Of a stretch of 37,353 nucleotides of DNA, positions 1 to 10,975 are shown piece after piece. Source of the stretch: Octopus sinensis (lineage: Eukaryota); assembly GCF_006345805.1 (NCBI RefSeq), contig NW_021827551.1, positions 1 to 37,353 of the forward strand, in the 5' to 3' direction. A model generated the notes under the pieces. It was not told the DNA's origin, made no database searches, and saw only the letters and a program-made list of their open reading frames with translations. Position numbers and translations under genes: made by a program. Numbering within the stretch: the stretch's first letter is position 1; the number at the start of each line of letters is the position of its first letter.

Positions 1-540
1 AGCACTGTCAGGGCTGTCAATAGATGTGAGACATTGCATGGCATCTAGGAACCCCAAAGCTACATTGCTATGTAGTCAATTAACCTGCACGAAATAGCAG
101 CCAAATCCACAGAAAATCTAATGGAATTACATTGGATATTGTTATAGGGTATAGATTTACAAATGAAAAACAATGGCTATTCATGAATCTCATAATAAAC
201 TATATGAATTTATTAAATAACGATTGCAGCGGAGAGGCAACAGCAACACAACCTTTTCTTATTGCTACTATTACTAATATTACTAATAATTGTGGTACAA
301 ATAATAATTACTACAGCAAAAACGAAATGAGCAGCGACAGAAATATTGCCCTTGAGATGCAACAAGCGGAGGTTTTTCTTTGAGTGTGTCATCACCCAAA
401 ACATTGCAGTCAAAGGGATCGAATATAAAATAATTACATTTAACTTCCTAGAATTTTTAATTAAAATCATGGTACTCCGTTCGATTCCTGAAGAAATACG
501 TTCCGAGTTGGTCAAAATTAAAAAGAAAAACGACTGGCCA

Positions 541-1176
541 CACCGCAAAAACTTCGAATACCGCTACTCCTTGTGGTCTCCCCATACAAAAGAAACATCT
601 GGAATATTGCATGACCCCAGAGGGCACTAACTAAACGAATTTAAGCCATGATTGATCTCGGTTTTTGGGAACGCCTTAAAGCCTTGAAACTCTACTCTGT
701 CGAGCGCCGCTGCGAGCGGTCCATCATTTGAACAATGTGGAGAAAATACCGGCACCATTGCCCAAACGACCTGAACATTAGCTTCAAGGTTCATCCAAGG
801 CTGGGACCACGGGACATATGTCCCCTGCCCAAATCAGGATCACAACATATAGGTACAGTGCGTGCGACACAATATCTTTTCCTCAACAGGCCCTGCCCTG
901 TTTAACATTGTCCCAAAACAGATCAAAGAGGAAAAGGATCCCATCACCTTTAGACGGAGTCTGGACAAATTTCTTCAAGGAATACCAGATAGGCCACTCA
1001 TACTTCGATGCAGCTCACTCAACCAGAAGTCACTATTTCAATGGACCATAAATAAAACTTGACTTAAAAAGGATTTAGATAATCCTATCAGGTGTTGCTA
1101 TTAAGTTAGACATGGCCTGGACTAATCTTTGGTCGAAACATATGTAAGTTTTATCTAGGTTTTCTAAGTTTTTATC
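541..1176 (+). mobile_element. 5'-truncated, decayed CR1-group LINE: ORF2 C-terminus, 3' UTR and short tandem tail
   Basis: Manual translation across stops and frameshifts gives RKNFEYRYSLWSPH..PQRALTKRI*AMIDLGFWERLKALKLYSVERRCERSII*TMWRKY..CPNDLNISFKVHPRLG..RHNIFSSTGPALFNIVPKQIKEEKDPITFRRSLDKFLQGIPDRP. This matches CR1/L2-type post-RT motifs (LEY..PVWSPH, QRRATK, Y.ERL..L.L.SL.RRR, WN.LP). It ends in degenerate TAAGTTTTATC repeats at 1145-1176. Confidence 0.85.
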
Positions 1177-1361
1177 AAATACAGTTTAACAAATTATTTG
1201 ACACGCGTGCGCAATAAACAACAACCAGTAAATGTTGAGTTTCGGTACAGGTTTTATCTTTGAGGATGAATATTACACAAAGATATAAAAAAAGCATTGC
1301 AATATTTTGACTTATGTCCGTATCTCTTCTCTTCATCTTTCTTTGTATTTCAGTCTCTTAC

Positions 1362-1476
1362 ATATTTATATATATATATCTGTGTGTGTGTATGTGTGTA
1401 TAAGTGCGAGTAACTGTCTGTGTCTGTATGACTGCGTGTGTATAATATATGCATATAATATGTATATATATATACA

Positions 1477-1521
<45 letters not shown>

Positions 1522-1572
1522 TATATATTTATATATAAATATATGTACATATATATAGAGACATATATATTT

Positions 1573-1606
<34 letters not shown>
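1362..1606. repeat. Compound (TG)n/(TA)n microsatellite
   Basis: Dinucleotide runs read directly. Confidence 0.95.
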
Positions 1607-1670
1607 GGCGGTGCTCCAGCATGTCCGCAGTCATATGACTGAAACAAGTAAAAGAATAAAAGAATAAAAG
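1607..1670 (+). mobile_element. Family-C SINE, 3' tail only
   Basis: GGCGGTGCTCCAGCATGTCCGCAGTCATATGACTGAAACAAGTAAAAGAATAAAAG is near-identical to the tail of the full family-C copies elsewhere in the window. Confidence 0.85.
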
Positions 1671-1728
1671 AGAGAGAGACAGAGAGACAGATAGATAGAG
1701 AGAGAGAGAGAGAGATAGGTAGATAGGT

Positions 1729-1827
<99 letters not shown>

Positions 1828-1860
1828 CAGACATACATACAGACAGATAGATAGATATAG
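1671..1860. repeat. (GA)n / (GATA)n microsatellite
   Basis: Long (GATA)n run read directly. Confidence 0.95.
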
Positions 1861-2474
1861 GAATACTGAGGAAGAGAGAGGAATATCGGCTTTAAATTCT
1901 TGCTTGCAAATCGTTACAAGAGTGAACGACAATATTTCCCTCTCCGGTATCGTTACATAAAATCTTCGTAATATAATATACATTAATACTTTATGGCTTG
2001 CCAGGAGAGGAATTGCGACATCCAAGACACTTTTCACAGATTCCGAAATTGTGAGAAATAACGGAAGAATTTATTTCAAGTTGGGATTTGGCAGGAATAA
2101 TTAGAATACAAATGATTCCAGTAAATGGACTCGAGGGTCGATTTGTTGTGCAAAGCAGCTCTGAGATTCAGCGAAATGTTAACGTACGAGATTAGCTCGA
2201 CGATGCTTTGAGAAGTCGTATAAATTTGTGGTATGATGTCAATGGTATGATGTCCACTTTATTTAGAATTTAGTACATGTAAAGTACATTGATGAAAATA
2301 TGGTGAAGATGAGGCGTAAGAAATTGCGAATCATGGTAGATAAGAAAAGAAAGAAATAGGAAAATAGTCCGGTATCTATTCGTTGATGAATTAAAATTCC
2401 GATGCCAAACACTAATATGGCCGCCACCAATTTCGAGATCACTTCACTTGTTTGAATACGTATTTAGAAAGGAG

Positions 2475-2477
<3 letters not shown>

Positions 2478-2509
<32 letters not shown>

Positions 2510-2657
2510 ACACTACATATATTAATATACATATACATATATATATATATTATATATATATGTATATATATATATGTTGTGTGTGTATGTATGTACATAC
2601 TGCATGCATATATACACATACATAATATATATATATAATATATATAATAGATGTATG

Positions 2658-2704
<47 letters not shown>

Positions 2705-2727
2705 GTATATATATATATAGATATATA

Positions 2728-2770
<43 letters not shown>

Positions 2771-2790
2771 ATATACACACGTGCATATAC
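2478..2790. repeat. Compound (CA)n/(TA)n microsatellite
   Basis: Read directly. Confidence 0.95.
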
Positions 2791-3297
2791 ACATTACATA
2801 TCAGACAAAAGGAGGGAATACTAGTAAGCTGAAATTCCAACATGCAAAAATGAAATATAAGAGGTACTAAATCTGTTATAGTTCTTTATAGATGACGAGT
2901 TTATTTTCAGAAAATATGCTCCGTACTCTTATGTCATATTCAGTCCCACGTTTATATTATAAATGCCGGGTGCCATCGGTAAATAGTCGCCATATTATAT
3001 TTTTTTTATTTTCGCGCGTGCTCCCTGTTTCTTTTTGGATTTGGTCGACTACACAGTAGGATCAGTAGGCCACCGTCTGAGAGAAAAATAGAACCACGAC
3101 GCACCTCACTCTGCCAGAAATTTGGAAATGACATGCTCTACTGCTTGGCATTCGCCCCGGAAGGCTGCAGTATGAACATGTATCAAAATGGACGAAAAAT
3201 GGACAAAAAGGGACCTAGAGTATGACCTATAGGTAATAGGCAGGCCGTGAGAAAGAAATAACATATACAGCTATACTGAATTATACTTAATTATAGA

Positions 3298-3891
3298 GGC
3301 GGCGAGCTGGCATAAACGTTAGCACGCCGGGCGAAATGCTTTGCGGTATTTCGTCTGCTGTTACGTTCCGAGTTCAAATTCCGACTTTGCTTTTCATCAT
3401 TTCGGGGGCTCGATAAATTAAGTACCAGTTACGCACTGGGATCAATATAATCGACTTAATCCGATTGTCTGTCCTTCTCTGTCCCTACTGTGTTTAGCCC
3501 CTTGTGGGTAGTAAAGGAATAGGTATTTCGTCTGCCGTTACGTTCTGTGTTCAAATTCTGCCGAGGTCGAATTTGCCTTTTATCCTTTTGGGGGTCGATA
3601 AATTAAGTACCAGTTACGCACTGGGGCCGATGTAATCGACTTAATACGATTGTCTGTCCTTCTCTGTCCCTACTGTGTTTAGCCCCTTGTGGGTAGTAAA
3701 GGAATAGGTATTTCGTCTGCCGTTACGTTCTGAGTTCAAATTCCGCCGGGGTCGACTTTGCCTTTAATCTTTTCGGGTGTCGATAAATTTAGTACCAGTT
3801 ACGCACAGGGGTCGATGTAATCGACTTAATCCGATTGTCTGTCCTTCTGTTTCCCCTCTGTGTTTAGACACTTTTGGGTAGTAAAGAAATA
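3298..3891 (+). mobile_element. Family-M SINE trimer: one tRNA-like head plus three bodies with tail B
   Basis: Head GGCGGCGAGCTGGCATAAACGTTAGCACGCCGGGCGAAATGC. Bodies start GGTATTTCG at 3345, 3522 and 3707. Each has a B-box-like GTTCAAATTC, a central GTCGACTTTGCCTTTCATCCTTTCGGGGTCGATAAATTAAGTACCAG block (Meta-domain-like, from memory) and a tail ending GTGGGTAGTAAAG(G/A)AATA. Candidate TSD at 3282-3294 / 3892-3904. Confidence 0.9.
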
Positions 3892-4464
3892 TATACTTAA
3901 GTATGAGGATACTGTCCATATTATTTTCCTTTTGTAGAATTAAGTTAATCTTAATTGCTAAAACTTCAGAATAACCAGAGGTAAGTTATTCCTATTGTAG
4001 CAAATATTCTTATTTTCCACTATGCCTTTTTCTATAACAAGCATAATCAAATAAGTTAATTCTTTTCAACAACCCGAACGCTGTACATAATGGATAGTAC
4101 AGACGGGAAAATAGCTTTCTTCCGAGTACAGCTTGAACATAATTTTGTCGGAAGAATAACAAATACGTCACGAATCATATTGATATTTCAATGTAATTTT
4201 AAAGACATTTTTTCTATAGGAAATCATCTTTTGGTAGCCATATTATGGAGAGTCATGTGTGACATCGTGTAATATCCGGTGTTGTTATATAAACTAAAGA
4301 CTAATCCAGTAACAGAGGAATAATGAAAAAAAGTACAAAGCAAAACAAAAAACGTTATCTATTGAAGCCTTTGAAATTTTGTTTCACTTTTATGTCTGCT
4401 GATTCGATCAAATAGGCAACAGTCACAAACTGGTCTCATTTAACCTGACGAACAGATACATAAC

Positions 4465-4467
<3 letters not shown>

Positions 4468-4520
<53 letters not shown>
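4468..4520. repeat. (GA)n microsatellite
   Basis: Read directly. Confidence 0.95.
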
Positions 4521-4523
<3 letters not shown>

Positions 4524-4969
4524 CTACTGAAGATATTATTATATAAAAGAAACAATTTTCTAAAATGACAAGATAAAACAATATATTAAGAAATAGTTCT
4601 GAATTTTAAAAAAATAATACATCAACAGAGGATATTAAATAATGTTAAGTCATATATTTGAATTCCCCCATTTTTAATGCAGAATTGTTTTATCTAAGAA
4701 AATATTACATTCAGTTTAAACACTATCTGAAGATATTAATGAATCAATGCTCTTATCTTTTTCTATGCGATATATTAGTGTTCGGATACTGACCTACTGT
4801 TTTAATACATCTACATAGACAGGACTAATATCTAGACGGAAAGCGAAATATAAATACTAATATCAATAAAGAATATCAATAAATCTTCAAACGTGCTAAA
4901 GAAAAACATAGGCGAATGAATTGAAGAAAAATTGTTATCATATTACTTTGGTTCGTTGTGATATCACTG

Positions 4970-5586
4970 AAGTAAGTACAGAATCTGTTTTCAAGTAAGT
5001 ACCAAGTCAGTTTTCAAGTAAGTACAGACTCTGTCTCCATATAAGAACAGAACGTATTTTAAAGTAAGTACAGAGTCTGTTTTCAAGTGGAGAATATGTT
5101 TCCATAAAAGAACAGATTCTGTTTTCAAGTACATAATCTGTTTCCAAATAAGTACAGAGTCCGTTTTCAAGTACAGAATCTGTTTTCATGAACAGAATCT
5201 GTTTCCATATAAGGACAGAATATATTTCCAAATAAGTACAGAATCTAGTCTTAAGTAAGTAGAGACTCTGTATTCAAGTAATTACAGAATTTCTTTCAAA
5301 GTAAGTACAGAATCCGTCCTCAAGTAAATACATAATATGTTTCCAAATAAGCACAGAATCTGTGTTCAAGTAACTGCAGGGACTGTTTTCAAGTAAGTAC
5401 AGATTCTGTTACCATGTAAGTACGGAAACTGTTTTCAAGTAAGTACAGAATCTGTATTGAAGTAAGTACAAAATCTGTTTTCATTTTAGTGCGGACTATG
5501 TTTTCAAGTAAGCACAGACTTTGTTTGTAAATAAATACAAATACTGTTTTCAAGTAAGTACAGAATCTGTTTTGAAGTACAGAATC
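4970..5586. repeat. 23-bp minisatellite, consensus AAGTAAGTACAGAATCTGTTTTC
   Basis: Parsed by hand into 27 complete units (23 of 23 nt, 4 of 19 nt) plus one partial unit. Palindromic core ACAGA-A-TCTGT. Confidence 0.95.
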
Positions 5587-5832
5587 ATTGATTGCTTCCA
5601 CCTCTAGCCTTACGTGATGCTCACAGACCTAGGTTTCTGGGATTTATTCAGTGTGAGACAATCACTGGCTGTTGATAAAAGCGATCTCCACTCGCAAATA
5701 CTATATATTCATTAACCGACACACAGCCCTTGATCTCTTATCGAGAAAAGCAACCTGTTTTAAATATCTTAGTGGGAGCGATTACAGTAACAGTAGAAAA
5801 TGTTAATGTATATGTATATATATATATATAAA

Positions 5833-6160
5833 GGAGCACTCCGTCGGTTGCAACGACAACGGTCACACCTGATACGATCAACAGAACAGAACAGTCTGCT
5901 CATGAAATTAACGTGCAACTGGTTGAGAACTCAACGGCCTTGCGTATATTTAACGCTGTTCTAAGGTGAATTCAGCGTGACAAAAGTGTGACAAGGGTGT
6001 CATTTTAAATACAGATACTACTCTTTTTCTGCCAGCTGACTGAACTGGAGCGATGTGAAAATATACTGTCTTGCCCCGGGACACAACACGTCACTGGCAA
6101 TGGAACACACGAGCTTACAATCATGAATGGAATAACCCAACCATTAAGTCACGCGCCGTC
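5833..6160 (-). mobile_element. Old family-H SINE: tRNA-like head, CORE-like box, tail X
   Basis: Minus strand reads GACGGCGCGTGACTTAATGGTTGGG..GTGTCCCGGGGCAAGACAG..GCTCCAGTTCAGTCAGCTGGCA..then the same tail as the copy at 32637-33021 (..GTCACGCTGAAT..GTTAATTTCATGAGCAGACTG..CCGACGGAGTGCT). Confidence 0.8.
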
Positions 6161-6162
6161 AC

Positions 6163-6193
<31 letters not shown>

Positions 6194-6258
6194 TATTATA
6201 TATATATATTCATATTTAACACTATCAACCAATATATGTATTTATACATATATATTTG

Positions 6259-6294
<36 letters not shown>

Positions 6295-7126
6295 TGTGAG
6301 TGTGTGTGTGTGTGTGTGCATACATAGTTATATACATACATGCCTTACGTGTAACTTCTATTTATGAAAGAGTTCTCAATACTTTGAGTAGAGCAAATGT
6401 TTTTATTACGATCACGCAAGGAAAGCTTTCTCGTGATTTTAACTTTAGGGTAAATTTAGCGTCGTTAAGCAGAATTATTTTTATGTTCCACCAGCGTTTG
6501 CATGTGAATTTCCAGTTCAGATTATGAATGGTTTAGTCCCTCTAGAGGTACGTTGCAGTTTCGCATATATAGTGATGATCAGGATGATATTACTATACAT
6601 TTATTCATGCATAACTTTAATATTCGATTAATTTTACACCCAAGAAATGTGTTAATACGTCTACATCTTTAAAATATCCGATACATTTTTTTTTCTTTTT
6701 AGAATGCACTTAATCATAAATTCAATATTTTTTCTCCGGCATCTTCGCAGAGTAATTGGCGATTTTTTTTACGTAACTTTTCTACTCTGCCATTAATATC
6801 AAACCCGATGAACACTGAATATCTTTCAAAAGTGATTTGACTCAAAGCTATAACAATTTCAATATTTCCACAATTTTTATGTATCGCTTATATCCTTAGT
6901 TTAAATTATTTTATATAGCCATTAATTTTTTACTAACTTAATGCATGCTTTCTAGTGACAAACACTTTATAATAATATCTCACTATCAGTTAACTTCTCT
7001 TCTACTGATATTATTTATTGTCTTAATTTTTAAATCTCATTTTATTGCCATGCCTGCAGAAGAGTTCTTTTTTTTTTCATTTCTAGATACTCTAACTGGA
7101 ATAATTTTCAAGCAATATTTTTATTT

Positions 7127-7518
7127 CTGGTAGAATCCTTAGCACGTCGGGCGAAATGTTTAGCGATATTTCGTCTGTCTCTGCGCTCTGAGTTCAAATT
7201 CCGCCGGGGTCGTCTTTGCCTTTCATCATTTCGGGGTCGATAAATTAAGTACCAGTTATACACTTTTGTCGATATAATCGAATTCATCCGTGTGTCTGTC
7301 CCTGTTTGTCCTCTCTGTGTTTAGCCCATTGTGGTTAGTAACGAAATAGGTATTTCGTCTGTCTTTACGTCCTGATTTCAAATTGCACCGACACATTGCG
7401 TTTCGTTCTTTCAAGGCCGAATAAATTAAGTACCAGTTGCGTACTAGGATCGATCTAATCGACGGGACTTCTTCCCCCAAAAGTTTAGGGCTTTGTTCGT
7501 AGAACAGAAAATAATATT
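7127..7518 (+). mobile_element. Family-M SINE heterodimer 1: head, tail-B body, tail-A body
   Basis: Junction CGAAATA|GGTATTTCG at 7349. The second body ends in a different tail (..CCCCCAAAAGTTTAGGGCTTTGTTCGTAGAACAGAAAATAATATT). Confidence 0.85.
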
Positions 7519-7528
7519 ATGATTATAT

Positions 7529-7895
7529 AAGGCGGTAAGCTGGCAGGATCGTTAGCACGTCGGGTGAAATGCTGAGCGGTATTTGAGTTCAAATTCCGCC
7601 GAGCTCGACTTTGCCTTTCATCCTTTCGGGGTCGATAAATTAAGTACTAGTTACGCACTGGAGCCGATGTAATAGACTTAATCCTTTTGTTTGTCCTTGT
7701 TTCTTCCCTCTGTGTTTAGCTCCTTGTGGGTAGTAAAGAAATAGGTATTTCGTCTGTTGTTACGTTCTCAGTTCAAATTTCGACTAAACTTTGCGCTTCA
7801 TACATTCAGGGTCGATTAAATTAAGCAACAGTTGTGTACTGACATCGGTCTAATCGATTGGTCCCCTCCTTGCGGCTAGAGTAGAAAATAATATT
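7529..7895 (+). mobile_element. Family-M SINE heterodimer 2
   Basis: Head AAGGCGGTAAGCTGGCAGG. Junction AAAGAAATA|GGTATTTCG at 7744. Ends ..CTAGAGTAGAAAATAATATT. Confidence 0.85.
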
Positions 7896-7902
7896 ATAAT
7901 TT

Positions 7903-8268
7903 CACGTCGGGTGAAATGCTTATCGGTATTTCGTCGGTCTTTATGTTCTGAGTCCAAATTCCGCCGAGGTCGACTTTTCCTTTCATCCTTTCGGGGTCGA
8001 TAAATTAAGTACCAGCTATGCACTGGGATCAATATAATCGACTTCATCCGTCTATCTGTCCTTGTTTATCTCCGCTGTGTTTACCCCCTTGTGGGTAGTA
8101 AAGAAATAGGTATTTCGTCGGCCTTTATGTTCTGAGTTCAACTGGCACCGAGGTCGACTTTGCCTTTCATCCTTTCGAGGTTGAGAAATTAAGTATTGGG
8201 TTACAACTAATCTCCTGGCCAAGTCCCCGAAAATTTCGCCATTTTTGCCTAGAGGAGAAAAGAATATT
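7903..8268 (+). mobile_element. Family-M SINE heterodimer 3 (head partly lost)
   Basis: Junction AAAGAAATA|GGTATTTCG at 8109. Ends ..GCCTAGAGGAGAAAAGAATATT. Confidence 0.85.
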
Positions 8269-10202
8269 ATATTTCTATGCGTAGAGTATATAGTATTAGA
8301 GAACTATTTTTCATTATGGCTTCGAACCGATTATATTTTGCACTTCAGCTCTACATCAAAAAGCTATCATATATTTGCAGCATATTCTTCTGTTACTGAG
8401 TTCTCTTTGTGTTACCTTATTGTGTCCTTCGTTATTAATTCACCAATGAGAGTTGTTCCTATTCCAATAAATACAGGAAATACATACAATATTTAAATAA
8501 ACTACATATGTATAGGCCCGTGAATGTGAGTAAAAATATAAATAATTTAAACTTTAATGTCGTTTTATTCCAATTGCCTAATTTTAGTACGCCGCGAGCA
8601 GTTCCAATGTTGTTCAGAGTGAAACACTAACAAACATAAAAAAAAATTCCGAAATGAATGACAACAAAGAAAAAGTCAACAAAGATAACTGTGAAAAAAA
8701 AAAAGGGAAGAAACAAAAAATATATATTGAATTAAATATCTCAAACAAAGTGTAAAATGATGAATTATTATAGAGAAAGAGCAAAAAATCTATAAATATA
8801 TATCGACATTTTTTTTCCTCCTTTCGAAGCGTAACTGTAATTTTAAAGAATTGAAAATAATTCAGGAATTTTTTGTGTCATTAATGTTTGGGAATGTAAT
8901 GCACTACCATAGAATGAATAGAAAATTGAAATAAAAAAATTCAGTGCGAATTTATGTGTTTGTAAAAACTTTTCATTTTACTATTAATTACGCGGAACCG
9001 TTTTTATGTACGGCCTTTATAATTTTGCTTTTTTTACTCAATAAAATTCTGATAAATTTTCGGTATATTTTTTTTTTAAAGTCACGTTTAGTTTATTTCA
9101 AAATTTGTTCTTTTCTTGATATTTTCATTTACATCATGCTATTTTTATATTAAAAAAACATTGTTTTGTGTAAATTCAATTTTGCATTAATTCAATAAAT
9201 ACCGTTTTTAATTCAAGCACGTTTGAATCTTTAAAGCAAGCATTTATAAGAAACGTCTCTGAATGTTTATATTTGCTAATAATGAATTATATACATACAC
9301 ACACACACACACACACAACACATATAAATGTATATATATATACACGCATACGCGTGTGTTTTTGTGTATGTGTGTGTTTGAGTGCAGAGAGAGGTGCTGG
9401 AATGAGAGAACTTGGAATTAAAATGATGACACTTAGCACTAGCTGACTCCAATAAATTCATTTCAATCCTTTGAATACGGAAAATAATAACTTCACCTCT
9501 GCGAGCGAGGTGTATTGAATAATTACAGAGTACATACTATTGACCCATTAAGTTATCTTGAAAAAGAAACCAACATGTTAAATAGGAAAATAGGATAAAT
9601 GAGACATTTATTTACAAATGAAAACTATGCTTAGATTTTTAGCTTTATCCGGTGTTGAGCATTTAGATATTTCCGTCTAGTCCATTAACCATTTGTAGTG
9701 TTAGGTGCCTCACACACAGATATATGAGGAAGGTAATTGCACACTACACTGCAACACTGGCATGCTATATGTACAGCGATAGATACACACGTACCCATTC
9801 AAATGCACGCACGGAGACGTGTATAAATAAATAAATAAATAAATAAATAATAAATATATATATATATAATATATATAGATATATATGTATATATTTTTTA
9901 AACAAGAGAAAAATCAGCAAAACTGTAACTCTGAGTTTCACGTTCGCGAATCTATCACTGGTATTAATCTACCACTGGTATTTGCGTAGTCTTTTTTCCA
10001 CCTTGTTTCACTTTTATGTGTTTACTCCGGTATATATATATGGCCGCGGCCATCGGACTAAAACATTTTTAAGGATTTTAAGGATTTTATAATATATATA
10101 TAAGCTGAATCAAGTGAGCACCAAATATACAGTGGGTGTGTTTTTAATTTTCCAAACTGGCAACATGACCATCCCCCAATAAAACATCACGTGTTTGAAC
10201 AA

Positions 10203-10246
10203 CAAGAATTCACACCAAGAATTCACACCAAGAATTCACACCAAGA
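10203..10246. repeat. 13-bp tandem repeat (CAAGAATTCACAC)x3.4
   Basis: Three perfect units plus CAAGA. Confidence 0.95.
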
Positions 10247-10272
10247 TCTTGCAAAAGGAAAATATAACAGAA

Positions 10273-10304
<32 letters not shown>

Positions 10305-10537
10305 TATATATATACACACACACACGAGGATTTGGTGCCACTTTCCGGCTGCCAAATCGACGCATTTCAAAGGCTTTGGCACGCTGGAGAATATGGAAGA
10401 ACACACATACCAAAGGTACCACGCACTAGGACCAAACACACGGCCTTTTCTTTCACGCTTTCACCATTTTTAGTACATCATCGTTTCTAGCATATCTATT
10501 AGCTAATGGAGAGATTACGCATTGAGTATTCGTGTTA

Positions 10538-10952
10538 TCTCTTTCTCTCTTTCTCTTTTACTTGTTTCAATCGTTTGACTGCGGCCATGCTGGAGCACCA
10601 TCTTTAATCGAGCAACTCGACCCTGGGACTTATTCTTTGTAATCCCAGTACTTATTCTATCGGTTCTTTTTGCGGAACCGCTAAGTCACGGGGACATAAA
10701 CACACCAGCATCGGTTGTCAAGCAATGCTAGGGGGACAAACACAGACACACAAACACACATACATATATATATATATACATATATCCGACAGGCTTCTTT
10801 CAGTTTCCGTCTACCAAATCCACTCACAAGGCATTGGTCGGCCCGAGGCTATAGCAGAAGACACTTGCCCAAGATGCCACGCAGTGGGACTGAACCCGGA
10901 ATCATGTGTTTGGTAAGCAAGCTACTTACCACACAGCCACTCCTGCGCCTAT
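10538..10952 (-). mobile_element. Family-C SINE, full length, with internal microsatellite
   Basis: Minus strand: ATAGGCGCAGGAGTGGCTGTGTGGTAAG (A-box-like), GGTTCAGTCCC (B-box-like), CORE-like GGCATCTTGGGCAAGTGTCTT, internal (TA)n(TG)n, then a tail ending GCATGGCCGCAGTCAAACGATTGAAACAAGTAAAAGA. Confidence 0.92.
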
Positions 10953-10975
10953 ATATATATATATATATATATATA

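Noticed and set aside
69-107. Similarity between 69-107 and about 37017-37050 (AGTCAA..TGC..GA.ATAG....CAAATC)
   Set aside because: Too short and degenerate to call a repeat family without a database search.
4970-5586. 23-bp array as a CRISPR array, or as coding (ORFs 5007-5231 and 5389-5601)
   Set aside because: Units abut with no unique spacers, the context is eukaryotic and there are no cas genes. The unit length is not a multiple of 3, and roughly 40% of junctions lack the stop, so 70-codon open stretches are expected by chance.
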